A stretch of 64,000 nucleotides of DNA from Promethearchaeota archaeon (GTDB taxonomy: Archaea; Asgardarchaeota; Lokiarchaeia; Sigyniarchaeales; SOKP01), in NCBI GenBank assembly GCA_048940925.1, contig JBHLOC010000014.1:15184-79183 (forward strand). Direction: 5' to 3'. This document shows, one piece after another, positions 28,822 through 38,865 of this stretch. The notes below the pieces were generated by a model. The model was not told the origin of the DNA. It saw only the letters and a program-made list of their open reading frames with translations, and did not search any database. The position numbers and the translations under genes are program-made. Each line of letters opens with the position of its first letter. Position 1 is the first letter of the stretch.

Positions 28822-30567
28822 ATGATAAAAATAGATAATAATAGTATAAAAAAGAAAAAAAGAAAAAAAATTTTAACCGCATGTATTGGTCAATGTGTTC
28901 ATGTGGCTGGAGCCCATAATTTTATGAATATAGCAACCCAATTGGGATTTGAGTGTTTGTTTTTAGGACCTGCAACATCAAATTCAGTAATTATTGATAA
29001 ACTAAAAATCTTAAAACCAGATATATTAGGGCTTAGTTATAGGCTAACACCTTCTACTCTTAGACCAATACTTCAACAATTTAAAGAAAAATATGAAAAA
29101 TTGAAAGAACAACCTCAACAACTATTTTTTGCTGGTACTCCTGAAGTAGTTAAAGTTGCAAAAGAATTTAGCTTTTTCCATCAATATTTTATTGGTGGAG
29201 AATCAAAATATAAAATAATCTCTATTTTAAGAAAAGAGTTAGTACCTTCTGAAGAAAAATTAAAAGTTCCAATGAATTTAATTTTCCGGATAAAATGGAA
29301 GAAACCATATCCTGTAATAAGGGCTCATTTTGGATTACCAAGTATGAAAGCTACATTAAAAGGGATACAAAAAATTGCAAATGCAGAGATTTTAGACATA
29401 ATCTCAATTGCTCCCGATCAGAATACTCAGGCAAACTATTTTCATCCCAAAGACCAAGTCAGAGATCTATCTGGTGCAGGAGGGGTCCCTATCAAGACTA
29501 AAAAAGATTTTTTAAATTTACATAAATCTAGATTAACAGGAAATTATCCTCTGCTACGAATCTATGCTGGTACTCGTGATTTTATAAAGTTAGCTGAATT
29601 ATACAGAGAGACTATCCATAATGCTTGGGGTGCTATTCCGATCTTTTGGTTTAATCAAATGGATGGAAGAGGTCCATTAACATTAAAAGAATCAATAAAG
29701 CAACATTTAAAGGCTATAAAATGGCATGGTGATAATGACATTCCCGTTGAAATCAATGATCCTCACCATTGGAGTTTAAGAGATGCCCCAGATGCTATTG
29801 CAGTTGCTGATATGTATCTATGTGGGATAATAGCTAAAAGATTAGGGGTAAAACATTTCATTGCACAATATATGTTTAATACACCTCCTTCAAGCTCATT
29901 AGATATGGATTTAGCCAAGATTTTAGCAAAAGATGAATTACTTCACACTTTAACAGATAAAACTTTTTCTGTAATTAAACAGGTAAGAAGTGGATTAGCC
30001 AGTTTTCCACTGGATTTAGATAAGGCAAAGGGGCAATTAGCAGCAGCAACTATGGTTCAATTAGCAATAAAACCAGATATAGTTCATGTAGTTAGTTATT
30101 CAGAAGCTATTCATGCTGCTCTTCCTGAAGATGTAATCGAAAGCTGTAAAATAGTGGATCAAGTTATAAATAGAGTTTATTCAAGTGAAATTAACATTAT
30201 TGATAATAAAATAAAAAAAAGGAAAGAAGAATTAATTAAACATGCAAAATGGATAATTAATTTAATACCTCATATGGCTAAAGATAAAAATGAACTTAAA
30301 AATCCATATACTAATTATAAAGTTTTAAATCGTCTAGTGAAATATGGAATATTTGATGCCCCGCATCTAAGAAACAACAAATATGCGTTAGGGAAAATTA
30401 CTACCAAAATAATTAATGGGGCATGTTTTTCTTGGGATGATTCAAGGCAGAAAAAATATGATGAAATCGAAAGAATTAAAAACATTATCTTTGATCTCCC
30501 TGATACTAAATTATCTAAATTGTTAAAACATAAGGAAAAATCTATCTCGGGGGTGATGGATGAATGA
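28822..30567 (+). CDS. Cobalamin-binding domain protein with large C-terminal (probable TIM-barrel) domain
   Basis: N-terminal Rossmann B12 domain: CVHVAG (variant of DxHxxG), FLGPA, LGLSYRL, FAGT; about 430-aa C-terminal region. Confidence 0.8.
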   Translation: MIKIDNNSIKKKKRKKILTACIGQCVHVAGAHNFMNIATQLGFECLFLGPATSNSVIIDKLKILKPDILGLSYRLTPSTLRPILQQFKEKYEKLKEQPQQLFFAGTPEVVKVAKEFSFFHQYFIGGESKYKIISILRKELVPSEEKLKVPMNLIFRIKWKKPYPVIRAHFGLPSMKATLKGIQKIANAEILDIISIAPDQNTQANYFHPKDQVRDLSGAGGVPIKTKKDFLNLHKSRLTGNYPLLRIYAGTRDFIKLAELYRETIHNAWGAIPIFWFNQMDGRGPLTLKESIKQHLKAIKWHGDNDIPVEINDPHHWSLRDAPDAIAVADMYLCGIIAKRLGVKHFIAQYMFNTPPSSSLDMDLAKILAKDELLHTLTDKTFSVIKQVRSGLASFPLDLDKAKGQLAAATMVQLAIKPDIVHVVSYSEAIHAALPEDVIESCKIVDQVINRVYSSEINIIDNKIKKRKEELIKHAKWIINLIPHMAKDKNELKNPYTNYKVLNRLVKYGIFDAPHLRNNKYALGKITTKIINGACFSWDDSRQKKYDEIERIKNIIFDLPDTKLSKLLKHKEKSISGVMDE

Positions 30568-31670
30568 AATTCTGTGTAATTGGAGCTGGAAATGGTGGTC
30601 GTGCATTTGCAGCCTATATTTCTTCCATGGGACATCCTGTAAACCTATATAATCGTTCATTTTCAAGAATTGCAGATATAAAAAAGAAAGGTGGTATTAA
30701 AGCATTAGGAGAGATAAAAGGATATTTTCCATGTAGTTTAATTACCCTGGATTTAGAGTTAGCAGTAAGAGATGTTGATGTCATATTAATAGTAGTCCCA
30801 GCTTCAGCACATAAAGATATCGCTGAAAAAATTGTACATTATCTCTCTCAAGATCAAATAATACTGCTAAATCCTGGACGAACTTTTGGTGCTGTTGAAT
30901 TTCGACGAATAATTGAAAAGAAAGGAATATCATTTCCTATTTTCATTGCTGAAACTCAAACACTACTTTTTACTTCAAGACAATTAAAAAAGAATGGAGT
31001 AAAAATCCTAAAAATTAAAGAACTTGTCGATTTTGCAGCTTTTCCTAATAAAGATACTTTTTTTGTGTATGATACTTTAAAAGATATAATTCCTCAATTA
31101 AATCCCGTGGATGATTATCTTGAAATGACATTAAATAATATTGGAATGTTGTTGCATCCAACTGTTTCACTACTTAATGCAGGTGCTATGGATTGTGGGA
31201 AAGAATTTAAATTTTATGCAGAAGGTGCAACTTCTCAAATTTGTGAGATCCTTGAAATAATTCAAGATGAATTCAATAGAATCTTTGAAATTTTAGGATT
31301 AAAACAATTTAGATTTTGTAAGTGGGTAAATAAATCTTATGGAGTCAAACAGAAATGCATATATGATGCTATTCAGAATATAAATGCATATGATAATATC
31401 AATGCACCAAAACAGTTAATCACAAGATATTTCACTGAAGATGTACCGACAGGATTGGTGCCAATTTCGTCTTTAGCTAAGCTTTTAGAAGTTGAAACAC
31501 CCCTAATAGATTCTGTAATAAATCTTTCTTCAATATTATGTGGAATTGATTTCAGGAGTGAAGGTAGGACTATTGAAGAATTAGAAATTATAGATTATAT
31601 TAAGAAGAGAGCAGTAAGTAAACAAGAAATATGTAACTTAGAACAATCCTCAATTAAAACTAAAATTTGA
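30564..31670 (+). CDS. NAD/NADP octopine/nopaline (opine) dehydrogenase family protein
   Basis: VIGAGNGG, LNPGRTFGA, AETQTL, NIGMLLHP, FYAEG, RYFTEDVPTGLVP, GRT; ATGA overlap with the B12 gene. Confidence 0.9.
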   Translation: MKFCVIGAGNGGRAFAAYISSMGHPVNLYNRSFSRIADIKKKGGIKALGEIKGYFPCSLITLDLELAVRDVDVILIVVPASAHKDIAEKIVHYLSQDQIILLNPGRTFGAVEFRRIIEKKGISFPIFIAETQTLLFTSRQLKKNGVKILKIKELVDFAAFPNKDTFFVYDTLKDIIPQLNPVDDYLEMTLNNIGMLLHPTVSLLNAGAMDCGKEFKFYAEGATSQICEILEIIQDEFNRIFEILGLKQFRFCKWVNKSYGVKQKCIYDAIQNINAYDNINAPKQLITRYFTEDVPTGLVPISSLAKLLEVETPLIDSVINLSSILCGIDFRSEGRTIEELEIIDYIKKRAVSKQEICNLEQSSIKTKI

Positions 31671-32571
31671 ATTTACGAAGATTCTCTATAATATTAAAAT
31701 GTAAATTAGAATTAGACGCAACTAATCCAGGCGCGTCACAAATCAGTTTATCCCTTAAGAAGCGGACTGGTGCTCCATTTAAATCCGATATTTTTCCTCC
31801 TGCTTCTTTTACAATCAAGACTCCAGGAGAGAAATCCCAAGAGTATGAATGAATCTCATCGATAGGTTTTAAGTATATATCTGCGCTTCCATCAGCAACT
31901 TTACAAAATTTAGACATACTATCGATTTGAATCTTTTTTTTTATGCCAACTAATTTAGCAAATTCCTCAACCCAGGGTTTATCATAATGTAGTGAACGAC
32001 ATAATGTAGATTCTTCAAGGTTATCTTGATTGCTAACTTTTATCGATTTGAACTCATTTTTGCCATACGCCGCCTTTGCTCCCTTTCCTTTTTCAGCTAT
32101 GAAAATTGCCTTTCTTTTTTTATTGTAATTTGGTATTCCTATTACTGCAATTTTTTGATCTGATTCTTTGAGAAAACTAATACCTACAGCATAAACTAAA
32201 CCTTCGAGAAATCCCTGAGTACCATCAATAGGATCTATAGTCCATTGACGATCAGTATTTGATCCTTTATAATTTAATACTTCTTTAAAATCAAAATTAT
32301 CTTCAAGATGTAATTCATTGAAGCAGTTTAGAATTACTTTGCTTGTCTGATTATCAATAAAAGTATCACCCTCTTCTGCTATAATTAGATCTTCAGGAAA
32401 AGTCTTCTTGATATTCGAAACAATTAAAATTTGTGAAGCAATATCTGCCGTTGTCACAGGAGATTCATCTAATTTTTGAAATGATCTAAAGCCATTAATT
32501 CTAAACCAATTTATTACTTTAAGGGCATCTTTTACAATTTTAATTGCTAACTTTAATTCTGTTTGATACAT
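31660..32571 (-). CDS. Inositol monophosphatase / 3'(2'),5'-bisphosphate nucleotidase family (HAL2-like)
   Basis: KLDESPVTTAD, AEE, WTIDPIDGT, WDFSPG..IVKEAGG. Confidence 0.9.
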   Translation of the reverse strand: MYQTELKLAIKIVKDALKVINWFRINGFRSFQKLDESPVTTADIASQILIVSNIKKTFPEDLIIAEEGDTFIDNQTSKVILNCFNELHLEDNFDFKEVLNYKGSNTDRQWTIDPIDGTQGFLEGLVYAVGISFLKESDQKIAVIGIPNYNKKRKAIFIAEKGKGAKAAYGKNEFKSIKVSNQDNLEESTLCRSLHYDKPWVEEFAKLVGIKKKIQIDSMSKFCKVADGSADIYLKPIDEIHSYSWDFSPGVLIVKEAGGKISDLNGAPVRFLRDKLICDAPGLVASNSNLHFNIIENLRKFKF

Positions 32572-32666
32572 CGATATTTATCTGATAGTTTATTGAAATA
32601 TTAAATAATGAATAGATAATGGAATAAAAAGCACATTCTTTATAATTTATATATAAATAATAATAG

Positions 32667-33419
32667 TTATTCTTTCTTTAGATTTTTTGAATTTTGTTTG
32701 TATAGACAAAGCCATACGAAATTATTAAGAATTTCTTCCCCAGTCTCTCTCATTTTAGCAATAATTCTTTCATCATAAATACTTGAACGAAAATGATAAG
32801 CTTCATGAGTCTCAGGATGAAATTGGAGTCCAAATACCGTCTTATTTCTATGGCGGATATATTGTATTAATTTATATCTTTTTATTCTGGTTATAGAATT
32901 TATTTCAAAAGTATTTTGAATTTTTGAATCATTAGGTGAGATAAAATCTCTGTGAAATACATCAACGGGTATATTTTTTTTTGTTATAAGATCATCAGTT
33001 TTTTTCATTAGAATAAATATAATCCTCCCCCCTAATAAACCAGGAATTCGCATTCTACATACTTGACCATCAAATGCGTATGCAATTATGTGAAATCCAA
33101 AACATATACCTAAAATTGGGATATTATTAAATGATCTTATTAATTCTATTTCTTGATCAAAGTATTTTATCAATTTATCATTATAATAAAAATCAGAAAC
33201 ATTTAAGCTAGAACCAGATAAAATGATACCAATACTATCCTCCAAATCTCTTAAATCTAATTTTGAAAAATGAATGGTCTTAATCTCAACATTAGCTAAA
33301 CTTTCATTCACAATTGATTCAATTCTCGATATTCTGTCTGTTGGAAAGCCAAGAGGATAATTATCAATAAGGAAAATCCTTTTTTTATCTTCTTCAATAA
33401 AATCACTACGTTCTTCCAT
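32667..33419 (-). CDS. Class I glutamine amidotransferase-like protein (GATase / gamma-glutamyl hydrolase fold)
   Basis: IILSGS, LGICFGFH (catalytic Cys), GLQFHPE (His-Glu). Start moved to ATG 33419 behind GAGGGG. Confidence 0.85.
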   Translation of the reverse strand: MEERSDFIEEDKKRIFLIDNYPLGFPTDRISRIESIVNESLANVEIKTIHFSKLDLRDLEDSIGIILSGSSLNVSDFYYNDKLIKYFDQEIELIRSFNNIPILGICFGFHIIAYAFDGQVCRMRIPGLLGGRIIFILMKKTDDLITKKNIPVDVFHRDFISPNDSKIQNTFEINSITRIKRYKLIQYIRHRNKTVFGLQFHPETHEAYHFRSSIYDERIIAKMRETGEEILNNFVWLCLYKQNSKNLKKE

Positions 33420-33432
33420 AATAAATCCCCTC

Positions 33433-33810
33433 TTATGAATAACTATTAATAAGTCTTTTATCAGGATAATAAACAAAGCATTCTATTTCACTTCCTTTTT
33501 GAGTGATCACTTTCACTAAAATTCTGTGATATAAAGAACCTTCTCCTTCAATAAGATCTAATGAATTAAATAATTCATTATCTATTCCATAGTAAATTTC
33601 TCCACTTACTTTTGAGTCTTGATCACGAATGATGAAAGGAAATCCCAATGAAGGTGGGGAAACTTTCCTGTGCTTTGGTAATACTGCTTTCTCAAATTTT
33701 AAATGCTGGAGAATATAATGTCTACTCTGACCTTGCTGCAATGTGCCATAAACAAAAAGCTTATCACAAATTAATTTAATATCTTCCTTATCTTTCATTT
33801 TTTTATGCAT
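33433..33810 (-). CDS. Gamma-glutamylcyclotransferase (AIG2/BtrG-like)
   Basis: LFVYGTL, VSGEIY, LDLIEG (catalytic Glu), YHR. Confidence 0.9.
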   Translation of the reverse strand: MHKKMKDKEDIKLICDKLFVYGTLQQGQSRHYILQHLKFEKAVLPKHRKVSPPSLGFPFIIRDQDSKVSGEIYYGIDNELFNSLDLIEGEGSLYHRILVKVITQKGSEIECFVYYPDKRLINSYS

Positions 33811-33834
33811 AAAATATATTAAAAATATATACTA

Positions 33835-35295
33835 TTAGAAAAAATCCCCAAATAATCTATCAAGTAATGATTCAGAATCTGACTGCACCCTAAGTATTCT
33901 ATCATTCTCATTCAATGGTATTTTAAGATTTTGAACAATAAGATTATTTACTACTTTTATACCCTTAAAATTAGTGACTAATCCATCGATCTCATCGTAA
34001 GAGAAATTATACTTAGCTGATAAAGTTCCTCGAACTTGAGCACCACTCGTAATTTTATATTTATTTCCTTTTCGATCACTTACGATTCTTGGATCTACTA
34101 ATTCAACAATCGCCTGAGTTCTTCCTTGTTGTCTCAATTTTTCAATCTTTCTCGATTTGTATTCGATATCAAGGCTTTTTTGAAGCAACTCAGCTTTAAA
34201 TTTTTCATTTGATAAATTCTTTATAGAAATTCCTAAATAATCTTGATATTTCATTGTTTCTTCCAACCATCTTGAGACACTAGTTTCCAGAGACTCCCTA
34301 GTTCCATTGTTCCTCTGAAAAATAGATTTAAATCCATTTGCAATTGCATTTTCTACATTCATTTTATGATAAGAATCTTCAACGATCTCTCCAGTTGAAT
34401 GAAGATAAACAGCATGAAGTGCAGAAACGCAGCAGAGGTATGCTAAATCTAATAAGTCATTAACGTTATGTTGTACATCGATAATGCGAACCTCTACACG
34501 ATTTCTACTTGGTAACTCATCATTATCTTCACTAATATTTGTAAATGGTCCTCTTGGTGTTATATCTACAAGACGTTCTCCTCGGCTATTTGTAATAATT
34601 TTTTTTGAGAATTCATCTTCTTCATAACCTATTTTAAGTGTGTATCTCATACGGCCATAATAACGCATTGGAACTAAAGCTGGGCGATTTTCAGGGACTT
34701 CAATCACAGCAAAGCCATTTCTTTTTAGGACACTACTATTAGCACATCGATTACTAGCAATATTCGTAATATTACCTCTAAAAATAGGAGAATTAGCCGA
34801 AATTGAAATTAATTCGGGAAGATAATTCCAGAGATAGTTATAAACGGTTTTTAATTCCTCAGGGGTCATCAAACTACCTTTTCTTTGAACTGATACATTA
34901 ATATGTGTTCCAGAAATGGGATTAGGATCACTTTGTATTGGGTGAAGACTTTGAGCTAATATTTTTACACCTATTTGTTTTGCTGCCTCTGTTACCAATT
35001 TTCTACCCTCTAATATTGCTTGTTGTAAGGATGCTGGTGGTAATGGTAATGTAACGTATTCTATTTGTGATGGAGACGGTTCAGCATCTAATCCTCGTAT
35101 TTTGACTTGGAGTGAATTCAAAAATTTTGTATCTTTTTCAAGAATCTCAGCAGATTTTACCATTATATCATCTGCTGCTTTTGCTAACGTTCCATTTTTA
35201 TTAATAATAAGGAATTCTTCCTCAATTCCACATAAAACTTGATATTCTGTATATAAATCTTGCTCTAGTTCTTTTTTTTTTTCATGGAATAACAT
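33835..35295 (-). CDS. Glutamate--cysteine ligase family 2 (GCS2/YbdK-type carboxylate-amine ligase) with C-terminal extension
   Basis: GIEEEF, SQIEYVT, SLHP, GTHINVS, SANSPIF, SNR, VEVRIID. Confidence 0.85.
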   Translation of the reverse strand: MLFHEKKKELEQDLYTEYQVLCGIEEEFLIINKNGTLAKAADDIMVKSAEILEKDTKFLNSLQVKIRGLDAEPSPSQIEYVTLPLPPASLQQAILEGRKLVTEAAKQIGVKILAQSLHPIQSDPNPISGTHINVSVQRKGSLMTPEELKTVYNYLWNYLPELISISANSPIFRGNITNIASNRCANSSVLKRNGFAVIEVPENRPALVPMRYYGRMRYTLKIGYEEDEFSKKIITNSRGERLVDITPRGPFTNISEDNDELPSRNRVEVRIIDVQHNVNDLLDLAYLCCVSALHAVYLHSTGEIVEDSYHKMNVENAIANGFKSIFQRNNGTRESLETSVSRWLEETMKYQDYLGISIKNLSNEKFKAELLQKSLDIEYKSRKIEKLRQQGRTQAIVELVDPRIVSDRKGNKYKITSGAQVRGTLSAKYNFSYDEIDGLVTNFKGIKVVNNLIVQNLKIPLNENDRILRVQSDSESLLDRLFGDFF

Positions 35296-35396
35296 AACAT
35301 CCCAACCTTATTCCCATATTTAATTTCTTGTGATATTAAATAAAAATAATCTTAAAAAATTATTAATTGATTAATTTTTAAGATAATTAAGAATTT

Positions 35397-36755
35397 TTAT
35401 TTGAACATCTCCATAAAAGCTCCAAGACGGGTTTTTACTTGTTCAACATTTTCCCCTATCTTATTAAAAGTGATAGCTATACTTGGGATTTCAAGTTCCT
35501 TTCGAATTTTTTCCTTTAACATAGTAAAACAGTTCGATATAGAATGGCAACCAAAAAGCTGGATAAAGACAAGTCCTTCTGCGTTTAATTTTTCTGCCGT
35601 CCTTAAATAAGAGTCTGTTAATACATCATTATCACATCCTATACCATTAGTAGTAGCATTCATCAAATAATGAGCATATGCCTCAACAGGGTCTGTTATT
35701 TTTCTAATAGGAATTTCCTCTAACATTAATAGCATATCCCAATCCGCGTACAACGCCCGGCCACCGAGTTCATAAATAATTTCATGACTTTTTGGTTCCC
35801 ATCCTCCAAACATAGGAGTAACTAAGATTCGTGGCATTTTACTGACATCCATTCCTATTTTATTTCTGATTCTCGCTTTCATTTCATTTACTAATGATGC
35901 TAAATTATTTCGATATCTAATCGCATTAGAATTGTAATCCTGAAAACTGTTATTTAAAATTACTAATATTTCACTAAATGTTGCAGGATTACATGGATAA
36001 AAATCAGAAGGACTTATATCGTACAGGATTGTTTTATAATAATTTCTAATATCATTAGCAATTTCAAAATGATTTTTTAAAATGCGTCTATCGTAAGTAT
36101 TTCCACTTATTTTCTCTAATTCTTTAATCCCGCTATATATATTTTCTGTTAATAGTTCTACAGCATTACCAATATTCCTCGGAGGGATATCAATCCAAAT
36201 TTGTTTGGAAGGATTATCAATTGTTTTTAAGGATTCTAAGTATTTATTCCAGGCACTACATCTTATAGTGTAATTTAAATTAGCATCGTAATTTTTTCCT
36301 TTTGAAACATGCATTCCATAAAGTGATTTTATTCCATAACAAAAATCGGTAGGAATACCATTTTCAATTCCAATATCATACATTTCATTGTATTTATCAT
36401 TTACAGTATCAATTACATTATCAATAATTTCATCAACTATTTTGTTTATATCCCCAATACCAAGATTTTTTATAAAACCTAAGAAATTGGCGACATTTTT
36501 CCAACCAAAAATGTTTGAAGCAGAACCTAAATATGTTAGATATTTATGTATTTTGAAGTTATGTGTCCTAATCGGGAATACAGGAACTAAATCAGGAAAA
36601 CCATAAATTAAATCTGAAAGAGGTAATGCCACAGAAATTAATTTCTTTTTTTCTCGGAACTTCTTTCTTTTTAAATAATCTCTCCCTGTTAAAAGGTTGT
36701 ACGCTATTCTCAGTACAGAACTAAATCGAACAATATCATCAGCAATAAGACTCAT
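35397..36755 (-). CDS. 2-hydroxyacyl-CoA dehydratase / benzoyl-CoA reductase family subunit
   Basis: DFCYGIKS, GIGCD, FGCHS, C-terminal QVKTRLGAFMEM. Confidence 0.85.
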   Translation of the reverse strand: MSLIADDIVRFSSVLRIAYNLLTGRDYLKRKKFREKKKLISVALPLSDLIYGFPDLVPVFPIRTHNFKIHKYLTYLGSASNIFGWKNVANFLGFIKNLGIGDINKIVDEIIDNVIDTVNDKYNEMYDIGIENGIPTDFCYGIKSLYGMHVSKGKNYDANLNYTIRCSAWNKYLESLKTIDNPSKQIWIDIPPRNIGNAVELLTENIYSGIKELEKISGNTYDRRILKNHFEIANDIRNYYKTILYDISPSDFYPCNPATFSEILVILNNSFQDYNSNAIRYRNNLASLVNEMKARIRNKIGMDVSKMPRILVTPMFGGWEPKSHEIIYELGGRALYADWDMLLMLEEIPIRKITDPVEAYAHYLMNATTNGIGCDNDVLTDSYLRTAEKLNAEGLVFIQLFGCHSISNCFTMLKEKIRKELEIPSIAITFNKIGENVEQVKTRLGAFMEMFK

Positions 36756-36758
36756 ATT

Positions 36759-37895
36759 TTATATCATCTCCAAAAAAGCTTCTATTCTTGTTGAGAGTTG
36801 TCCGCGATTTGCTTTGGAATAATCTCTTTCGAGATTTAATACTTGTATTCCTTTTTTTTGTAAAATATCTTTAAAATGCACAGACATAATAGAGAAATGA
36901 TCGCAAAATTTTATAATGTGATTAATAACTCCCAATTTTCTTCCTGTTTTTTCTAAATGCTCATTGTAAATTAACTCAATTTGCTTAATTTTATTCTCTA
37001 AAAAATTAGGAACAGAATGATCTCCAAAATCGTTTTCCTTAAAACGTTGAACTAATAAATCATATGGGTCCTCACTAGATTCTAAGCTTTTATTATTGAA
37101 AATTTGTGAATAATAAGTATTTCCTATCCATGTGTCAAAAAAAATTATATTTCCTCCTCCTTCTTCAACTAAATCAATAAGATAATCATTTATAAAGACA
37201 GAACCTCCAGTCAATAAAATATCCTTAGAATCATTAGAATTTAAAAATTGATTCTCATTTAGCTTATGAATTTCTGATTCTAATTCTGATAAAAAATGTG
37301 GACCATAAAGCATTGCCTTTTGAATGATTTTTAACTTGTCTGAACCCTTTATCCTTAAATTACTAAAATCTAACAATTTTTGTTTAAAATCATTATATCT
37401 TTTAATGCTCTCCAATATGTCTTCATTCTTTATTTTATTTCTAATAATTTTCTCTAATTGTTTTTTAAAATCCAGTAATTCTAACTTAAAATATGTCAAG
37501 CTGTTCTTATTTTTAGTATATGATATATAGAAATTCAAACGAGGAATTTGAAAATACTTAGAAATTATCTCTGAAGCACATATATCACTTACACAATGAT
37601 TTGACACAATAAAATAATCGACTAAATCTAAGAACTCATAGTGACTAGGTTTTAATATAAATAATCCAATGCAAGATTGGGCAAATGAACACGTTGATGG
37701 AGGGAGAAAATCATGACTAGCATCCATTAAATCGTCAGTACCAGCAAATATTAATCTAAGAGGGAAAAATCCTGCTGCGTCTATTAATTCTTCAGGAATA
37801 TTATCGTGCGATATAAACGCGATGATTTTTTTTCCTTCTGCTTTTCTTTCTTTAAGAAATAATGTGAATTCAGATAATAGGTTTAAATCATCCAT
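36759..37895 (-). CDS. 2-hydroxyacyl-CoA dehydratase family subunit
   Basis: PEELIDAAG, TCSFAQS, NHC, KFCDH, LERDY..GQLSTRIEAFLEM. Confidence 0.88.
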   Translation of the reverse strand: MDDLNLLSEFTLFLKERKAEGKKIIAFISHDNIPEELIDAAGFFPLRLIFAGTDDLMDASHDFLPPSTCSFAQSCIGLFILKPSHYEFLDLVDYFIVSNHCVSDICASEIISKYFQIPRLNFYISYTKNKNSLTYFKLELLDFKKQLEKIIRNKIKNEDILESIKRYNDFKQKLLDFSNLRIKGSDKLKIIQKAMLYGPHFLSELESEIHKLNENQFLNSNDSKDILLTGGSVFINDYLIDLVEEGGGNIIFFDTWIGNTYYSQIFNNKSLESSEDPYDLLVQRFKENDFGDHSVPNFLENKIKQIELIYNEHLEKTGRKLGVINHIIKFCDHFSIMSVHFKDILQKKGIQVLNLERDYSKANRGQLSTRIEAFLEMI

Positions 37896-38008
37896 TTTTT
37901 AAATTTTGATTTTATGAATTATTTATCAAAAAAGAGTGAATTCCTCATAAAACTTTTCTGTAAAAATAATAAATAGTTCTTTTATTAATTTAAGATTAAA
38001 TAATTTAG

Positions 38009-38785
38009 TTATTTACTTTGTTCTTGAGCAATTAAAGCAGCTCCAATTGCTCCAGTTAATTGAGGATATTGTGGTTTCACTATTTCGAATCCAAATTCTT
38101 CTTCTAGATATTTCTTGACTGCTACATTTTTTGCCACACCACCGCAAAAAACTAATAGGGGGCAAACACCTATCCGTTTTGCCATACCTGAGACTCTTTT
38201 TGCGATGGATTTATGGATTCCTGCTGCAATATCTTGTTTTGAAGTTCCCCTTGCAAATAATGATATTACCTCACTTTCAGCAAAAACCGTACAAGTTGAA
38301 CTTATTGATGCTGGATTAGTTGATTGTAAGGCTAATTCACCAATCTGCTCAATTGGGACCTCTAAAGCACTAGACATCACCTCAATAAAGCGACCTGTTC
38401 CTGCTGCACACTTATCATTCATCTGAAAATCAATAACATTTCTAGTTTTATTAGACATTAAGATAGCTTTACTGTCTTGCCCTCCAATATCTATCACCGA
38501 ACGGGCTTCCGGAAAGAAAAATTGTGCTCCGCGTGCATGTGCCGTGATTTCTGTAATACGATCATCAGCAATATCAATTGTATTTCGTCCATATCCAGTA
38601 CTCATGACATATACTTCATTTTTATTTAAATTATTCTTTTGCATGATGTCATTGAATAAATTATGACCGATCCTCTTAAAATCGAAAGTTGATCGTTCTG
38701 TTCGATGATCGATTAACTTATCTTCATTGATTAACACTATTTTAGTCGCTAAAGATCCTATATCAATTCCTACAAATGTCTTCAA
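38009..38785 (-). CDS. ATP-dependent dehydratase activase (HgdC/HadI/BcrAD family, ASKHA fold)
   Basis: GIDIGS, STGYGR, EITAHARG, DIGGQDSK, MNDKCAAGTGRF, SSTCTVFAESEV, GGVAKN. Confidence 0.95.
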   Translation of the reverse strand: MKTFVGIDIGSLATKIVLINEDKLIDHRTERSTFDFKRIGHNLFNDIMQKNNLNKNEVYVMSTGYGRNTIDIADDRITEITAHARGAQFFFPEARSVIDIGGQDSKAILMSNKTRNVIDFQMNDKCAAGTGRFIEVMSSALEVPIEQIGELALQSTNPASISSTCTVFAESEVISLFARGTSKQDIAAGIHKSIAKRVSGMAKRIGVCPLLVFCGGVAKNVAVKKYLEEEFGFEIVKPQYPQLTGAIGAALIAQEQSK

Positions 38786-38865
38786 GATTCATCTTTTCTA
38801 AAAAGTTGTTATGTAGGAAAATGTTAATTAAAAATTAAAATCTTTGCCTAGATTCCTTATAAAAT

